This document shows, piece after piece, positions 9,274 to 17,740 of a stretch of 26,489 nucleotides of DNA. Numbering within the stretch: position 1 is the stretch's first letter; each line of letters starts with the position of its first letter. The translations under genes were made by a program, and so were the position numbers. Source of the DNA: Gemmatimonadota bacterium (GTDB lineage Bacteria > Gemmatimonadota > Gemmatimonadetes > Gemmatimonadales > GWC2-71-9); the NCBI GenBank assembly GCA_003221005.1, contig QHTZ01000102.1, positions 1 to 26,489 of the forward strand, in the 5' to 3' direction. Under the pieces are notes generated by a model that saw only the letters and a program-made list of their open reading frames with translations, did no database searches and had not been told where the DNA came from.

Positions 9274-9920
9274 TAGGCTCCGCGACAGCTGATGACGATG
9301 AAGATCGTCTTCAGGAGGATCACGGCGTCCAGCCCAAGCGATTGTCTAGCGATGTAGTCGCGATCGGCGGCCATCCATCCTTCGACAGTGCAGTCCGAGC
9401 GGCCGCTGACGACCCACAGACAGGTCAGGCCTGGCTTGGCGTTGAGCCGGATCAGGTCATCCGGCCTGAAGTGCTCGACATGGTCGGGGATGCACGGCCG
9501 TGGACCGACCAGGCTCATCTCTCCGCTGAGCACGTTGAGCAGCTGGGGGACCTCGTCCATGCTGGTGCGCCGCAAGATGCGACCCACGCGGGTGACCCTT
9601 GGATCCTGACGGAGTTTGTAGACCGGGCCTTCGACTTCGCCGCGCCTGCGCATCTCCGCGAGCCGGGTCTCGGCGTCGATCTGCATGGTCCGGAACTTGA
9701 AACAGCGGAAGTGCTTGCCGCTGAACCCGACGCGCTCCTGCACGAAAAGAACGGGACCGGGGGAATCCAGCTTGATGGCGACAGCGATCACGACCCACAG
9801 CGGGATGATGGCAACCAGCGCGGGGACGCTCACCAGTACGTCCATGACGCGCTTGGCCGTCGCATAGGAAAGCCACTGACGGCGGGTCGTTCCGACCCGC
9901 GCCTCCACCGCGGTGAGCAT
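9270..9920 (-). CDS. Priming sugar-phosphate (polyprenyl-phosphate glycosylphospho)transferase, Bac_transf family
   Basis: KRVMDVLVS, IKLDSPGPVLFVQERVG, FKFRTM, DPRVTRVGRILRRTSMDEVPQLLNVLSGEMSLVGPRP, KPGLT, C-terminal GAY. Confidence 0.95.
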   Translation of the reverse strand: MLTAVEARVGTTRRQWLSYATAKRVMDVLVSVPALVAIIPLWVVIAVAIKLDSPGPVLFVQERVGFSGKHFRCFKFRTMQIDAETRLAEMRRRGEVEGPVYKLRQDPRVTRVGRILRRTSMDEVPQLLNVLSGEMSLVGPRPCIPDHVEHFRPDDLIRLNAKPGLTCLWVVSGRSDCTVEGWMAADRDYIARQSLGLDAVILLKTIFIVISCRGAY

Positions 9921-9932
9921 TGGCCTGCCCCG

Positions 9933-9967
9933 AGGCTAGCCCATGCCGCCATCCCCGATAAATGGGA
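9933..9967 (-). promoter_or_regulatory. Putative promoter TCCCATTTA-N20-TAGCCT
   Basis: CCCATTT core; the -10 box ends 12 nt before the sugar-transferase ATG. Confidence 0.5.
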
Positions 9968-10013
9968 AACAGCCGAATACCGGATAGGCCCGAGCCCGAG
10001 GCATGGCCGCCAT

Positions 10014-10043
10014 GTCCCAGGACTTTGGCCCAGGGCCTGGGAC
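10014..10043. repeat. 8-bp inverted repeat GTCCCAGG-N14-CCTGGGAC in a divergent promoter region
   Basis: Read directly from the sequence; carries the recurring GTCCC/GGGAC element. Confidence 0.5.
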
Positions 10044-10090
10044 GGGGGCAGGCCCGACAGAGGGTACGAGGCGGCGGCTCCACGCCGAAC

Positions 10091-10124
10091 GCCCATTTCT
10101 ACCGGCTTGGCGACCACCTACGCT
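10091..10124 (+). promoter_or_regulatory. Putative promoter GCCCATTTC-N19-TACGCT
   Basis: Exact 9-mer and spacing; GGGTAC at 10062, 29 nt upstream. Confidence 0.62.
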
Positions 10125-10138
10125 TGCCCGGGGAAAGG

Positions 10139-11284
10139 TTGTCCATAGCCCTCGACATCGCGCGGAAGGCAAACGGAATACGCCGGCTTCCTACGCTCGG
10201 TCGCCGGGAGTCACCGTCCGCCGTCGAGGCCGTCGGCGAACCGGAGATACAGATCGGCGTCATCGGCTACGGGTACTGGGGACCGAACCTGGTCCGCAAC
10301 TTCTGGGACATCCCCGCATGTCGGGTTCGCGCAGTGAGCGACAAGCGCGAAGGCCAGCTGACGCTGGCAGCGGCGCGCTACCCGGCGATCACAACCACCA
10401 CCGACTGCCACGCGCTGCTCGCGGACCCCGCCGTGGATGCGGTGGTGATCATGACCCCAGTGTCCACGCATTTCGAGCTTGCGCTTGAAGCGTTGCGGGC
10501 CGGTAAGCACGTGCTGGTCGCCAAGCCCATCGCCACGAGCTCCGAGCAGGCGGCCGTGCTCATCGAGGAGGCGGAGCGGCGAAATCTTGTGTTGATGGTC
10601 GACCACACGTTCATCTACACGGACGCCGTGAGGCGCATCAAGCAGCTGGTCGACGATGGCAGCCTCGGGCGGCTCTATTACTACGATTCGGTCCGAGTCA
10701 ACCTCGGGCTCTTCCAGCACGACGTGAACGTCCTGTGGGACCTGGCGGTCCACGACTTATCGATCATGGACTACGTCCTGGGCGAGCAGCCGCGCGCTGT
10801 CGCGGCGACCGGGGCAGCCCACATCCCCGGCCAGCCGGTCAACATCGCGTACCTGACCTGCTTCTTCGACAGCAACCTGCTCGCGCATCACCACGTGAAC
10901 TGGCTGGCGCCGGTCAAGGTGCGGCGCACGCTCGTCTCCGGGGAGCGAAAAATGATCGTGTACGACGATTTGGAGCCGAGTGAGAAAGTCAAGCTGTACG
11001 ACCGCGGGGTCACGCTCAACAGTGAACCGGAACGAGTGGCTGAATCCATGATCAATTACCGGACCGGTGACATGTGGGCGCCGCAGATCAGCCTGACCGA
11101 GGGCCTGCGAGTGGAGGCCAATCATTTCCTGGAATGCATCCGGGATGGCCTGCAGCCGCTGTCCGACGGCCACGCGGGCTTGCGGGTGATCAGCCTGCTC
11201 GAAGCGGCCAGCCGGTCGCTCGCGCATCGAGGCCAGCTCGTGGAAACGTCCGCCGGTCTGGCTCGAGGGCAGCTGGCGGTCTAG
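10139..11284 (+). CDS. Gfo/Idh/MocA-family NAD-dependent oxidoreductase (nucleotide-sugar dehydrogenase)
   Basis: IGVIGYGYWGPNLVRNF, AGKHVLVAKP, LMVDHTFIY, RVNLGLFQHDVNVLWDLAVHD, WLAPVKVR. Start uncertain; TTG 10139 follows the predicted promoter and GGGAAAGG. Confidence 0.9.
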   Translation: MSIALDIARKANGIRRLPTLGRRESPSAVEAVGEPEIQIGVIGYGYWGPNLVRNFWDIPACRVRAVSDKREGQLTLAAARYPAITTTTDCHALLADPAVDAVVIMTPVSTHFELALEALRAGKHVLVAKPIATSSEQAAVLIEEAERRNLVLMVDHTFIYTDAVRRIKQLVDDGSLGRLYYYDSVRVNLGLFQHDVNVLWDLAVHDLSIMDYVLGEQPRAVAATGAAHIPGQPVNIAYLTCFFDSNLLAHHHVNWLAPVKVRRTLVSGERKMIVYDDLEPSEKVKLYDRGVTLNSEPERVAESMINYRTGDMWAPQISLTEGLRVEANHFLECIRDGLQPLSDGHAGLRVISLLEAASRSLAHRGQLVETSAGLARGQLAV

Positions 11285-11346
11285 GTAGGACGGGTAAGGA
11301 GCTGACAGCCGTCGATACCCCGGCCCCTGTCGCAGCGCACCTTCCC

Positions 11347-13821
11347 GTGCCGCGCGCCACTCGTCGGGTGTTGATGGTCAGCCAGCATCCGTATGCCTCC
11401 CATGAGACCCAGCCGCCGTTCTGGGGCCATCCGGTGGTGAGCCGGAACGTCGCCGAGCTGCTCGCCCATGGCGTCCAGGTCGATCTCGTGTGCACCACCC
11501 CACGTCTTTGCGTCGGTCACCAGCCACCCCGGCGGCCAGGGCTACGCGTCTACGGCATCCCGATGCGGGAGCATCGGTCGCCCGCGCTGTGGTACCCGAT
11601 TCAGTACTCGCTCTTCTTCCTTTGGGCGCTTCTCGTCGTGTCCGTCCTGGGATGCAGGCGGCGCTACGACGTCGTCCAGGTCGACAACCTCCCCGACTTC
11701 CTCGTGTTCTCGGCGGTCGTGCCCCGTCTGCGCCGGACGCCCGTGGTCTTCTTCCTTCTCGAGCTGATGCCGGACATGATGGCCGCGCGCTTACACCTCA
11801 GCGCCGGTGACCTGCGCGTGCGCCTGGTGACCTGGCTCGAGAGCAGGGCCACCCAATCCGCCGGCCGTGTGATCACGGTCAGCGACGGGCTTAGACGCAT
11901 CATGGCATCGCGCGGCCTCGACCCTGCCAGGGTCATGATCGTTCCGAACTCGCACCCCGTCGACGACGTACCGGCGCGGCGACCGCCTTCCACGCCGGTG
12001 CTGATCTTGCCCACCACGCTGATCGAGCGCTACGGAGCCCAGGTCGCGATCCGCGCCGTGGCAGAGCTTCGGTGCGAATGGCCGGAGCTGGTGCTCGAGA
12101 TCCTGGGCGACGGCGAGTACCGGTCCACCCTCGTCGCCCTGACGGAACAGCTGGGCTTGCAGGAACACGTGACTTTCACGCCCGGCTTCATCCCCTGGCG
12201 CCAGGCTGTGGAGCGGGTCCGCCAGGCAACCCTGGGAATCGTCCCGATCATTTCCGACGGCTATGGCGACCTGATGCTTCCAAACAAGGTCTGCGAGTTC
12301 GTCTTCATGGACATCCCATTCGCGTGCTCGGAGCTTGCCGGCATCGAGGAGCACCTTCCTCCCGACGCGGTCGCCTATTTCGAACCCGGCGATTCGTCCG
12401 GCCTGGCGGCGCAGATTCACAGGCTGCTCAGCCATCCTGACGAGGCGCGCCAGCAGGCAAAGAGGGCCAGGCTCGCCATGGCAGAGCTCGCGTGGGAGAA
12501 CGCCTCACGACGCTACCTGGAGGCGCTGGGGGTGGCGCCGAGCAGGACCGAGGTTCGGTCGCTCGCTCCGGTGGCACAAGGCCCCGCGGTCGCGGATCAC
12601 GCTGACGCGAGCTTGTTTTCCGCCAACACGCCATCGGCTTTCTGGCGGCTCATCGGCGAGCCGGTGCCCACCGGCGGCGAGTGGGCCGCCGCCGCCCGGA
12701 CAGCGATCGGACAGCTGCCCGAGGCCGTGCAGGCAGGCGGCGACGACATCGACGGGCTCCTCTTCTCCACGCTCGGCGAAGGACAGTTCGGGCCCGACCA
12801 CTGGCGCCTGTCCTCCGCCCTTCAGGCCTACTACGCCTTGAGACCGTTTCTGCCCCGCTGGCTGACACTGATGCTCCGCAGGTCGCGGAGCCTGACCGTC
12901 CGCAGCCAGTCGGTCCTCGGCTGGCCGGTCGAAGACCGGTACGTCCGGTTCTTGTGGATGACGGTTGCGCTTCTGCTGCAGCAGACCGGGCGAGCCGCCG
13001 TCCCCTTCATTCACTTCTGGCCCCACGGCCGGCGCTATGCCCTCGTGCTCACCCACGACGTGGAGACGGCCATCGGCCAGGCACGGGTGCGCGAGCTGGC
13101 GGACATTGACGCGAGTTATGGGTTCCGATCGTCATTCAACTTCGTCCCTGAGCGCTATGCACTCGATCTCGACCTCGTGGCCGAACTACGGCACAACGGC
13201 TTCGAGGTTGGCGTCCACGGCCTCAAGCACGACGGCCGGCTGTTTCAGTCCCACCGCGAATTCCTCCGCCAGGCGGAGCGCATCAACCGCCACGTCAAGG
13301 CGTTGGGCGCCTCCGGTTTTCGGGCGCCCTGCACTCACCGTCACCCTGGCTGGATGCAGGCGCTCGACATCGAATACGACCTCTCCTTCTTCGATTCCGA
13401 TCCGTACGAGCCGATCCCTGGCGGCACGATGAGCCTCTGGCCGTTCGAGATCGGCCGGTTCCTGGAGCTGCCGTACACGCTTGTCCAGGACTACACCCTG
13501 ACCTCGGTGCTGAAGGAGACGAGCCCGCGGTTGTGGCTGGAGAAGGTGGACTTCATCCAGAGGCACTGCGGAATGGCCCTCGTGAACACTCATCCGGACT
13601 ACCTGCCGGACCGAACGACGCGCGACGTCTACACGGCTTTTCTCGCGGCCATAAGCTCCCGGGGCGACTACTGGAACGCGCCCGCGCAGGAGGTCGCTCG
13701 ATGGTGGCGTGCGCGGCGAGAAGCGCCGTCGATCTCGGATCTCCCCGGCGCGGTGCAAGGCACGCTTTCAGCGGCCGACGCCACGGCCGCTCCGCAAGCA
13801 GGGCTCCGGCTGGCTGGCTGA
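11347..13821 (+). CDS. Fusion of a GT4 glycosyltransferase and a polysaccharide deacetylase-like (CE4/NodB-like) domain
   Basis: N-half: RRVLMVSQHPY, YDVVQVDNLPDFL, VITVSD, LEILGDG, LPNKVCEF. C-half: ALVLTHDVE, SSFNFVPERY, FEVGVHGLKHDG, GFRAP, YDLSFFDSD, LVNTHPDY. No stop between them. Start uncertain (GTG 11347, or CTG 11302). Confidence 0.85.
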   Translation: MPRATRRVLMVSQHPYASHETQPPFWGHPVVSRNVAELLAHGVQVDLVCTTPRLCVGHQPPRRPGLRVYGIPMREHRSPALWYPIQYSLFFLWALLVVSVLGCRRRYDVVQVDNLPDFLVFSAVVPRLRRTPVVFFLLELMPDMMAARLHLSAGDLRVRLVTWLESRATQSAGRVITVSDGLRRIMASRGLDPARVMIVPNSHPVDDVPARRPPSTPVLILPTTLIERYGAQVAIRAVAELRCEWPELVLEILGDGEYRSTLVALTEQLGLQEHVTFTPGFIPWRQAVERVRQATLGIVPIISDGYGDLMLPNKVCEFVFMDIPFACSELAGIEEHLPPDAVAYFEPGDSSGLAAQIHRLLSHPDEARQQAKRARLAMAELAWENASRRYLEALGVAPSRTEVRSLAPVAQGPAVADHADASLFSANTPSAFWRLIGEPVPTGGEWAAAARTAIGQLPEAVQAGGDDIDGLLFSTLGEGQFGPDHWRLSSALQAYYALRPFLPRWLTLMLRRSRSLTVRSQSVLGWPVEDRYVRFLWMTVALLLQQTGRAAVPFIHFWPHGRRYALVLTHDVETAIGQARVRELADIDASYGFRSSFNFVPERYALDLDLVAELRHNGFEVGVHGLKHDGRLFQSHREFLRQAERINRHVKALGASGFRAPCTHRHPGWMQALDIEYDLSFFDSDPYEPIPGGTMSLWPFEIGRFLELPYTLVQDYTLTSVLKETSPRLWLEKVDFIQRHCGMALVNTHPDYLPDRTTRDVYTAFLAAISSRGDYWNAPAQEVARWWRARREAPSISDLPGAVQGTLSAADATAAPQAGLRLAG

Positions 13822-13871
13822 ACCTGGCTCCATGCAGCGGCCGGGACTGCAGCCCAGACCGCGAGCCTTGC

Positions 13872-13905
13872 GCCCATTTCCCACCCCGCGGCGCCTACAT
13901 ACGCT
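13872..13905 (+). promoter_or_regulatory. Putative promoter GCCCATTTC-N19-TACGCT
   Basis: Exact 9-mer and spacing; GGGACTG at 13843, 29 nt upstream; ATG 7 nt downstream. Confidence 0.62.
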
Positions 13906-13912
13906 GAGGTGT

Positions 13913-13975
13913 ATGCCGCACTCATCCTGCTGCTCGCCGCCGCCTACGTCAGGTCAGCGGCCCGCGGTTATCTGA
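13913..13975 (+). CDS. Putative leaderless upstream peptide, 20 aa (MPHSSCCSPPPTSGQRPAVI)
   Basis: ATG 7 nt after the -10 box; its TGA directly abuts TTG-ATG of the co-polymerase, in the same frame. Confidence 0.35.
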   Translation: MPHSSCCSPPPTSGQRPAVI

Positions 13976-13978
13976 TTG

Positions 13979-15400
13979 ATGGAGGATCGGCCGCCACTGA
14001 CCCTGGGCGCCGCATTGCTGCAGCGGTGGCTGCTCGTGCTCGCGATCGTCGCCACCTTTGTTCTGGGGGGCGCAATGCTCTCGATGCAGGCGCCCGTGTA
14101 CGCGGCCTCGGCGATGATTTACCTGGACGTCTCGCGGACGGCACCAGGTTTCGATGAAGGCGCGGCCGCCGGCGAGCTGCTTCAACATGACCTCATCGTC
14201 CTGTCCTCCAGCCGTGCAGTGCTGGAGGCGGCCTGCACAGCTCCGGACGTCGCGTGCACCGACGAAGAGCGGGCGGCACCTGAAACGCTCGCGAGTCGGA
14301 TCACGGTCAGCGCCGACCGGGGCACGAGCACGCTTCGGGTGACCGCGAAGGCGCCGACCGCCATAGGGGCGGCGGCGCTGGCCAACGCAGTCGCGGAGGC
14401 GATGATCAAACAGGACCAAAGCGAGGTCGTTCGGCTGTTCAAGCCTGCTCGAGACGATCTCGCGAGCCAGCTCGCGAGCTTGAGCGCGGCGATGGACAAC
14501 GAGCAGCAGCAGCTCCGGTCCTCACCCCCGGGAAGTTCGGCCGCGGCCGCTCATCAAGCGCAGCTGAGCACGCTGCAGCTGCAGTATTCGGCCCTCTTCG
14601 GCCGTCTGCAGGACCTGGCCGAGCAGCAGGACAGGCTGACGAGCATGGCAACGATTTCGCAGAGCGCGTTGCCGCCGGCGAGCCCCGAATCCCCGAACCG
14701 ACTCCGCTACCTGCTCGCTGCGCTCGTCGCCGGCGCCGTCGTCGGCGTGCTCGCCGCGCTTCTGGCAGCGCGCTTCGACGACCGCATCCACAACGGCGAG
14801 GCGCTGGCCCGAGCCACGAACACCACGCTCGCCCTGGCCGTTCGCCCAGCAGGTCGCCGCGGCCCGCATTCGGCCACGGCGCAGCCCTACTCGCTGGCAT
14901 TGACACGTCTGCTCGCGCAGTCTCCGCGTGCACAGACGGTTCTCGTGACGGCCGCTTCGACCCGTGACAACAGCCTGGCGGCCGCAGTCAGCCTGGGAGA
15001 GGTGGCGCTGGACTCCGGCCAGCGAGTCGTCGTGGTTCACGGCAACGGGCATGCGCCCGCGCCTCGCCAGCTCACGTCCGGTGGTGACATCGCCGGACTG
15101 ACGACCATCGCCGCACCGTCCAACAACGGCGGCGACCTCGACGCGGCCGTCGCCAGCGCCAGGGAGGAGCACAACGGAGACTCCGCCAGGACTTTCGTCC
15201 TGGTTGCGGTTCCCTCTCCGGACACCAGTCCCTCCGCGGTCATGCTCGGCCGGACGGCGAAACGAGCGGTGCTCGCGGCGACGGCGGGCGTGACGCGCTT
15301 TCGAGACGCGCGCCGCACGGCGGACCTTCTGCGGCAGTCCGGTGTCGATGTAGTGGCGGCCATTCTGCTGCCCCGGCGGACCGCCAGAAAAGACCGGTGA
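13979..15400 (+). CDS. Polysaccharide co-polymerase / chain-length regulator (Wzz/Wzc-like) with a degenerate kinase-like domain
   Basis: N-terminal TM followed by PVYAASAMIY, SRAVLE, a coiled coil, ALPPASPESPN plus TM plus FDDRI, then a CpsD-like tail lacking Walker motifs. TTG 13976 is an alternative start. Confidence 0.85.
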   Translation: MEDRPPLTLGAALLQRWLLVLAIVATFVLGGAMLSMQAPVYAASAMIYLDVSRTAPGFDEGAAAGELLQHDLIVLSSSRAVLEAACTAPDVACTDEERAAPETLASRITVSADRGTSTLRVTAKAPTAIGAAALANAVAEAMIKQDQSEVVRLFKPARDDLASQLASLSAAMDNEQQQLRSSPPGSSAAAAHQAQLSTLQLQYSALFGRLQDLAEQQDRLTSMATISQSALPPASPESPNRLRYLLAALVAGAVVGVLAALLAARFDDRIHNGEALARATNTTLALAVRPAGRRGPHSATAQPYSLALTRLLAQSPRAQTVLVTAASTRDNSLAAAVSLGEVALDSGQRVVVVHGNGHAPAPRQLTSGGDIAGLTTIAAPSNNGGDLDAAVASAREEHNGDSARTFVLVAVPSPDTSPSAVMLGRTAKRAVLAATAGVTRFRDARRTADLLRQSGVDVVAAILLPRRTARKDR

Positions 15401-16425
15401 AGCCGATCGCCGGACGTCGACTTGTGGTCGCCTGGGACGAGTCCCAGCCGCGAACCCGCGCCCTTGGTCCGGCCCTGGGGGGCGAATCCCACCTTATATA
15501 TGGTGGCTGGCCAGGGCGGCAGGTCGCCCTCCTCCCGTTGCGGTATCTCGCCGACGCTTCACGGATGTGGCGGGTGCTGCGCAGCCGACGTCCGGAAGCC
15601 CTGGTCGTGATCTCGCCGCCAACCGTTGCGCCGCTGGTGGGGTGCGTCTGGAGCCTGGTCCATCCGTGCCTCCTCGTCGTTGACTGCCATACCGCCGCCC
15701 TTCATTCGCCGAAATGGGGCTGGACGCTGCCCCTCCACCGCCTCCTCTTCTGTCGCGCTGACGCGGTTCTGGTCCACACCGAGGAAGATGAGGCGCGAGT
15801 CAGCCGATGGGGTGTTCCGGCCTTGCTGCTGCCGGATGACCTGCCCGATGCTGACCAGGCGGATCCGTCCTTTCGGAGCACCAGCGTCCCGCGGGTCGTG
15901 GTCGCCGGCAGCTTCGACCGTAACGAGCCGGTCGCGCTCACGCTCGCCGCGGCTGCACTCCTTCCGGACATGGAGGTGCGGTTGACGGGCGATGTGCGGC
16001 GGCTTGCCCCGAACGTGCGCTCGAAAGCGCCCGCCAACGCCGTCTTCACGGGATATCTCTCTTACCCGCAGTTCCTCGGCGAGCTCCTGACCGCCGACGT
16101 GGTGGCGGCGTTCAGCACCGATCGGCACATCATGAATCGAGCCGCCTTTGAGGCGGTCGGCCTCGGCCGTCCTCTCGTCCTATCCGATCTCCCAGGCCTC
16201 CGGGCTCGATTCGGGGAGGCGGCCGTGCTCTGTCGAAACGAAGCGGCGGCGATGGCTCAGGCCATCCGCCAGGCGCACCGTGACGGGCAAGAGCTCGCCA
16301 AGCTCAGCCAGGTCCTCCGGGGCCGGCTGCAGGCCCAGCGAGAGGCCGCCCTCGCCGAGTTGATGTCGATGATGGAGATGGCCTCGGCCGGCTGGTCCCG
16401 CGGCCGGGTGCGCTCAGCGTCGTGA
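15397..16425 (+). CDS. GT4-like (GT-B) glycosyltransferase
   Basis: LVVISPP, LVVDCH, ADAVLVHT, VVVAGSFDRNEP, FTGYL, ADVV, AAFEAVGLGRPLVLSD; GTGA overlaps at both ends. Confidence 0.88.
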   Translation: MKPIAGRRLVVAWDESQPRTRALGPALGGESHLIYGGWPGRQVALLPLRYLADASRMWRVLRSRRPEALVVISPPTVAPLVGCVWSLVHPCLLVVDCHTAALHSPKWGWTLPLHRLLFCRADAVLVHTEEDEARVSRWGVPALLLPDDLPDADQADPSFRSTSVPRVVVAGSFDRNEPVALTLAAAALLPDMEVRLTGDVRRLAPNVRSKAPANAVFTGYLSYPQFLGELLTADVVAAFSTDRHIMNRAAFEAVGLGRPLVLSDLPGLRARFGEAAVLCRNEAAAMAQAIRQAHRDGQELAKLSQVLRGRLQAQREAALAELMSMMEMASAGWSRGRVRSAS

Positions 16426-17738
16426 CCGCCGGCCTCGTTGCCCGAGGCACGACTCTCATGCGGAGCGGGCTCATTCGCACCGCCATGGGTCTCTACGCCA
16501 TCCAGGCCAGCAGCTGGCTGGTGCCGCTGGCGACGATCTTCTTCCTGGCCCGCAGGCTGGGTCCTGAGCACTGGGGGCTCCTCATGTTCATGCAGGGTGC
16601 GGCCGCCTACGTGATCTTCCTCGTGAGCTATGGCTTCACCTATTCGGCCACCCGTGAGGTTGCTCGCAATCGCGGCGACCCGGACAGGCTCGCAGACATT
16701 CTCGCCGGCGTCCTCGGCGCCAAGGTGACGTTGGCCATCCTCTCACTCCTGATCGTCATCCCGGCAAGCCTCCTTGTCCCGGCCATCCATCGCAGCCAGG
16801 ACCTCCTCTGGCCGACCATGCTCTGGGCGTTTGCCTGGGCCTTCAGCGCGAGCTGGTACTACCAGGGACTTGAGCGCATGGGGGTCGCGGCCGGATGCGA
16901 AGCGTCGGCTCGCGTTCTCTCCCTGGCCGGCATCCTGGTGCTGGTGCGGTCCCCGAACGACACATGGAAGGTGCTCGCCATCCAGGGTGGTCTGGTCTTT
17001 GTCGCCGTCCTCGTCGAGACGGCGCTCGCGTATCGCCAGGTGGGCTTTCGAATGCCTACCCCTCGACTCGTGTGGAAGACGCTCCGCTGGGGCTGGAGCA
17101 TGTTCCTGCTCGGAGGTGCGCTCAGTCTCTACACGATCGGAAACGGTTTCATCCTCGGGCTCTTCGCATCTTCAACCGTGGTTGGCTATTACATGGGCGC
17201 CGAACGCATCAGCAAGAACTTCGCCACCCTGCTCAGCCCGATCACCCAGGCCGTCTTCCCTCGGACCAGTCACCTCGCCGTGCATGCTCGCGGCGAGGCG
17301 GCCAGGCTGACCCGGACGAGCCTCTTCGTGATGGGCGGCACCGCCTGCGCCATAGGCGTCCTGGTCTTCTTTGGCGCCCCGTTTCTGGTTCGCGTGGTCC
17401 TCGGGCCAGGTTTCGAGCCTGCGGTCGTGGTCCTCAGAATCCTGGCCTGCCTGCCGCCGCTGATCGTGGCGAGCAACGTCCTCGCGGTGCAGTGGATGCT
17501 GGCGCTGGGCCTGGACCGTCTGGTCAACACCCTCATGTTCTCGGCCGGAGTGCTGAACGTAATTCTGGCGGTGGCGCTGGTGCCCAGGTACATGCACGTC
17601 GGCATGGCGATCGCGGTGGTCGCCGCTGAAGCCTTGGTCACGTTCGGGCTCTACGCCGTGGTCCGGATCAAGCAAGTCGACCCGCTGGCGATCGCCAGGC
17701 TCGACGAGCAGGCAGAGCCTGCAAGGCTGTCGGCCTGA
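16422..17738 (+). CDS. wzx: Wzx flippase (polysaccharide transporter)
   Basis: FLARRLGPEHWG, YGFTYSATREVA, WYYQGLERM, VGYYMGAERI, QAVFPR, VLGPGF; about 12 hydrophobic segments. Confidence 0.92.
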   Translation: MTAGLVARGTTLMRSGLIRTAMGLYAIQASSWLVPLATIFFLARRLGPEHWGLLMFMQGAAAYVIFLVSYGFTYSATREVARNRGDPDRLADILAGVLGAKVTLAILSLLIVIPASLLVPAIHRSQDLLWPTMLWAFAWAFSASWYYQGLERMGVAAGCEASARVLSLAGILVLVRSPNDTWKVLAIQGGLVFVAVLVETALAYRQVGFRMPTPRLVWKTLRWGWSMFLLGGALSLYTIGNGFILGLFASSTVVGYYMGAERISKNFATLLSPITQAVFPRTSHLAVHARGEAARLTRTSLFVMGGTACAIGVLVFFGAPFLVRVVLGPGFEPAVVVLRILACLPPLIVASNVLAVQWMLALGLDRLVNTLMFSAGVLNVILAVALVPRYMHVGMAIAVVAAEALVTFGLYAVVRIKQVDPLAIARLDEQAEPARLSA

Positions 17739-17740
17739 CG

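Noticed and set aside
13822-14157. In-frame continuation after the fusion's TGA with a hydrophobic stretch (VYAALILLLAAAYVR), suggesting readthrough to a membrane anchor
   Set aside because: The region is better explained by the promoter and uORF, it runs out of frame into the co-polymerase, and there is no readthrough signal.
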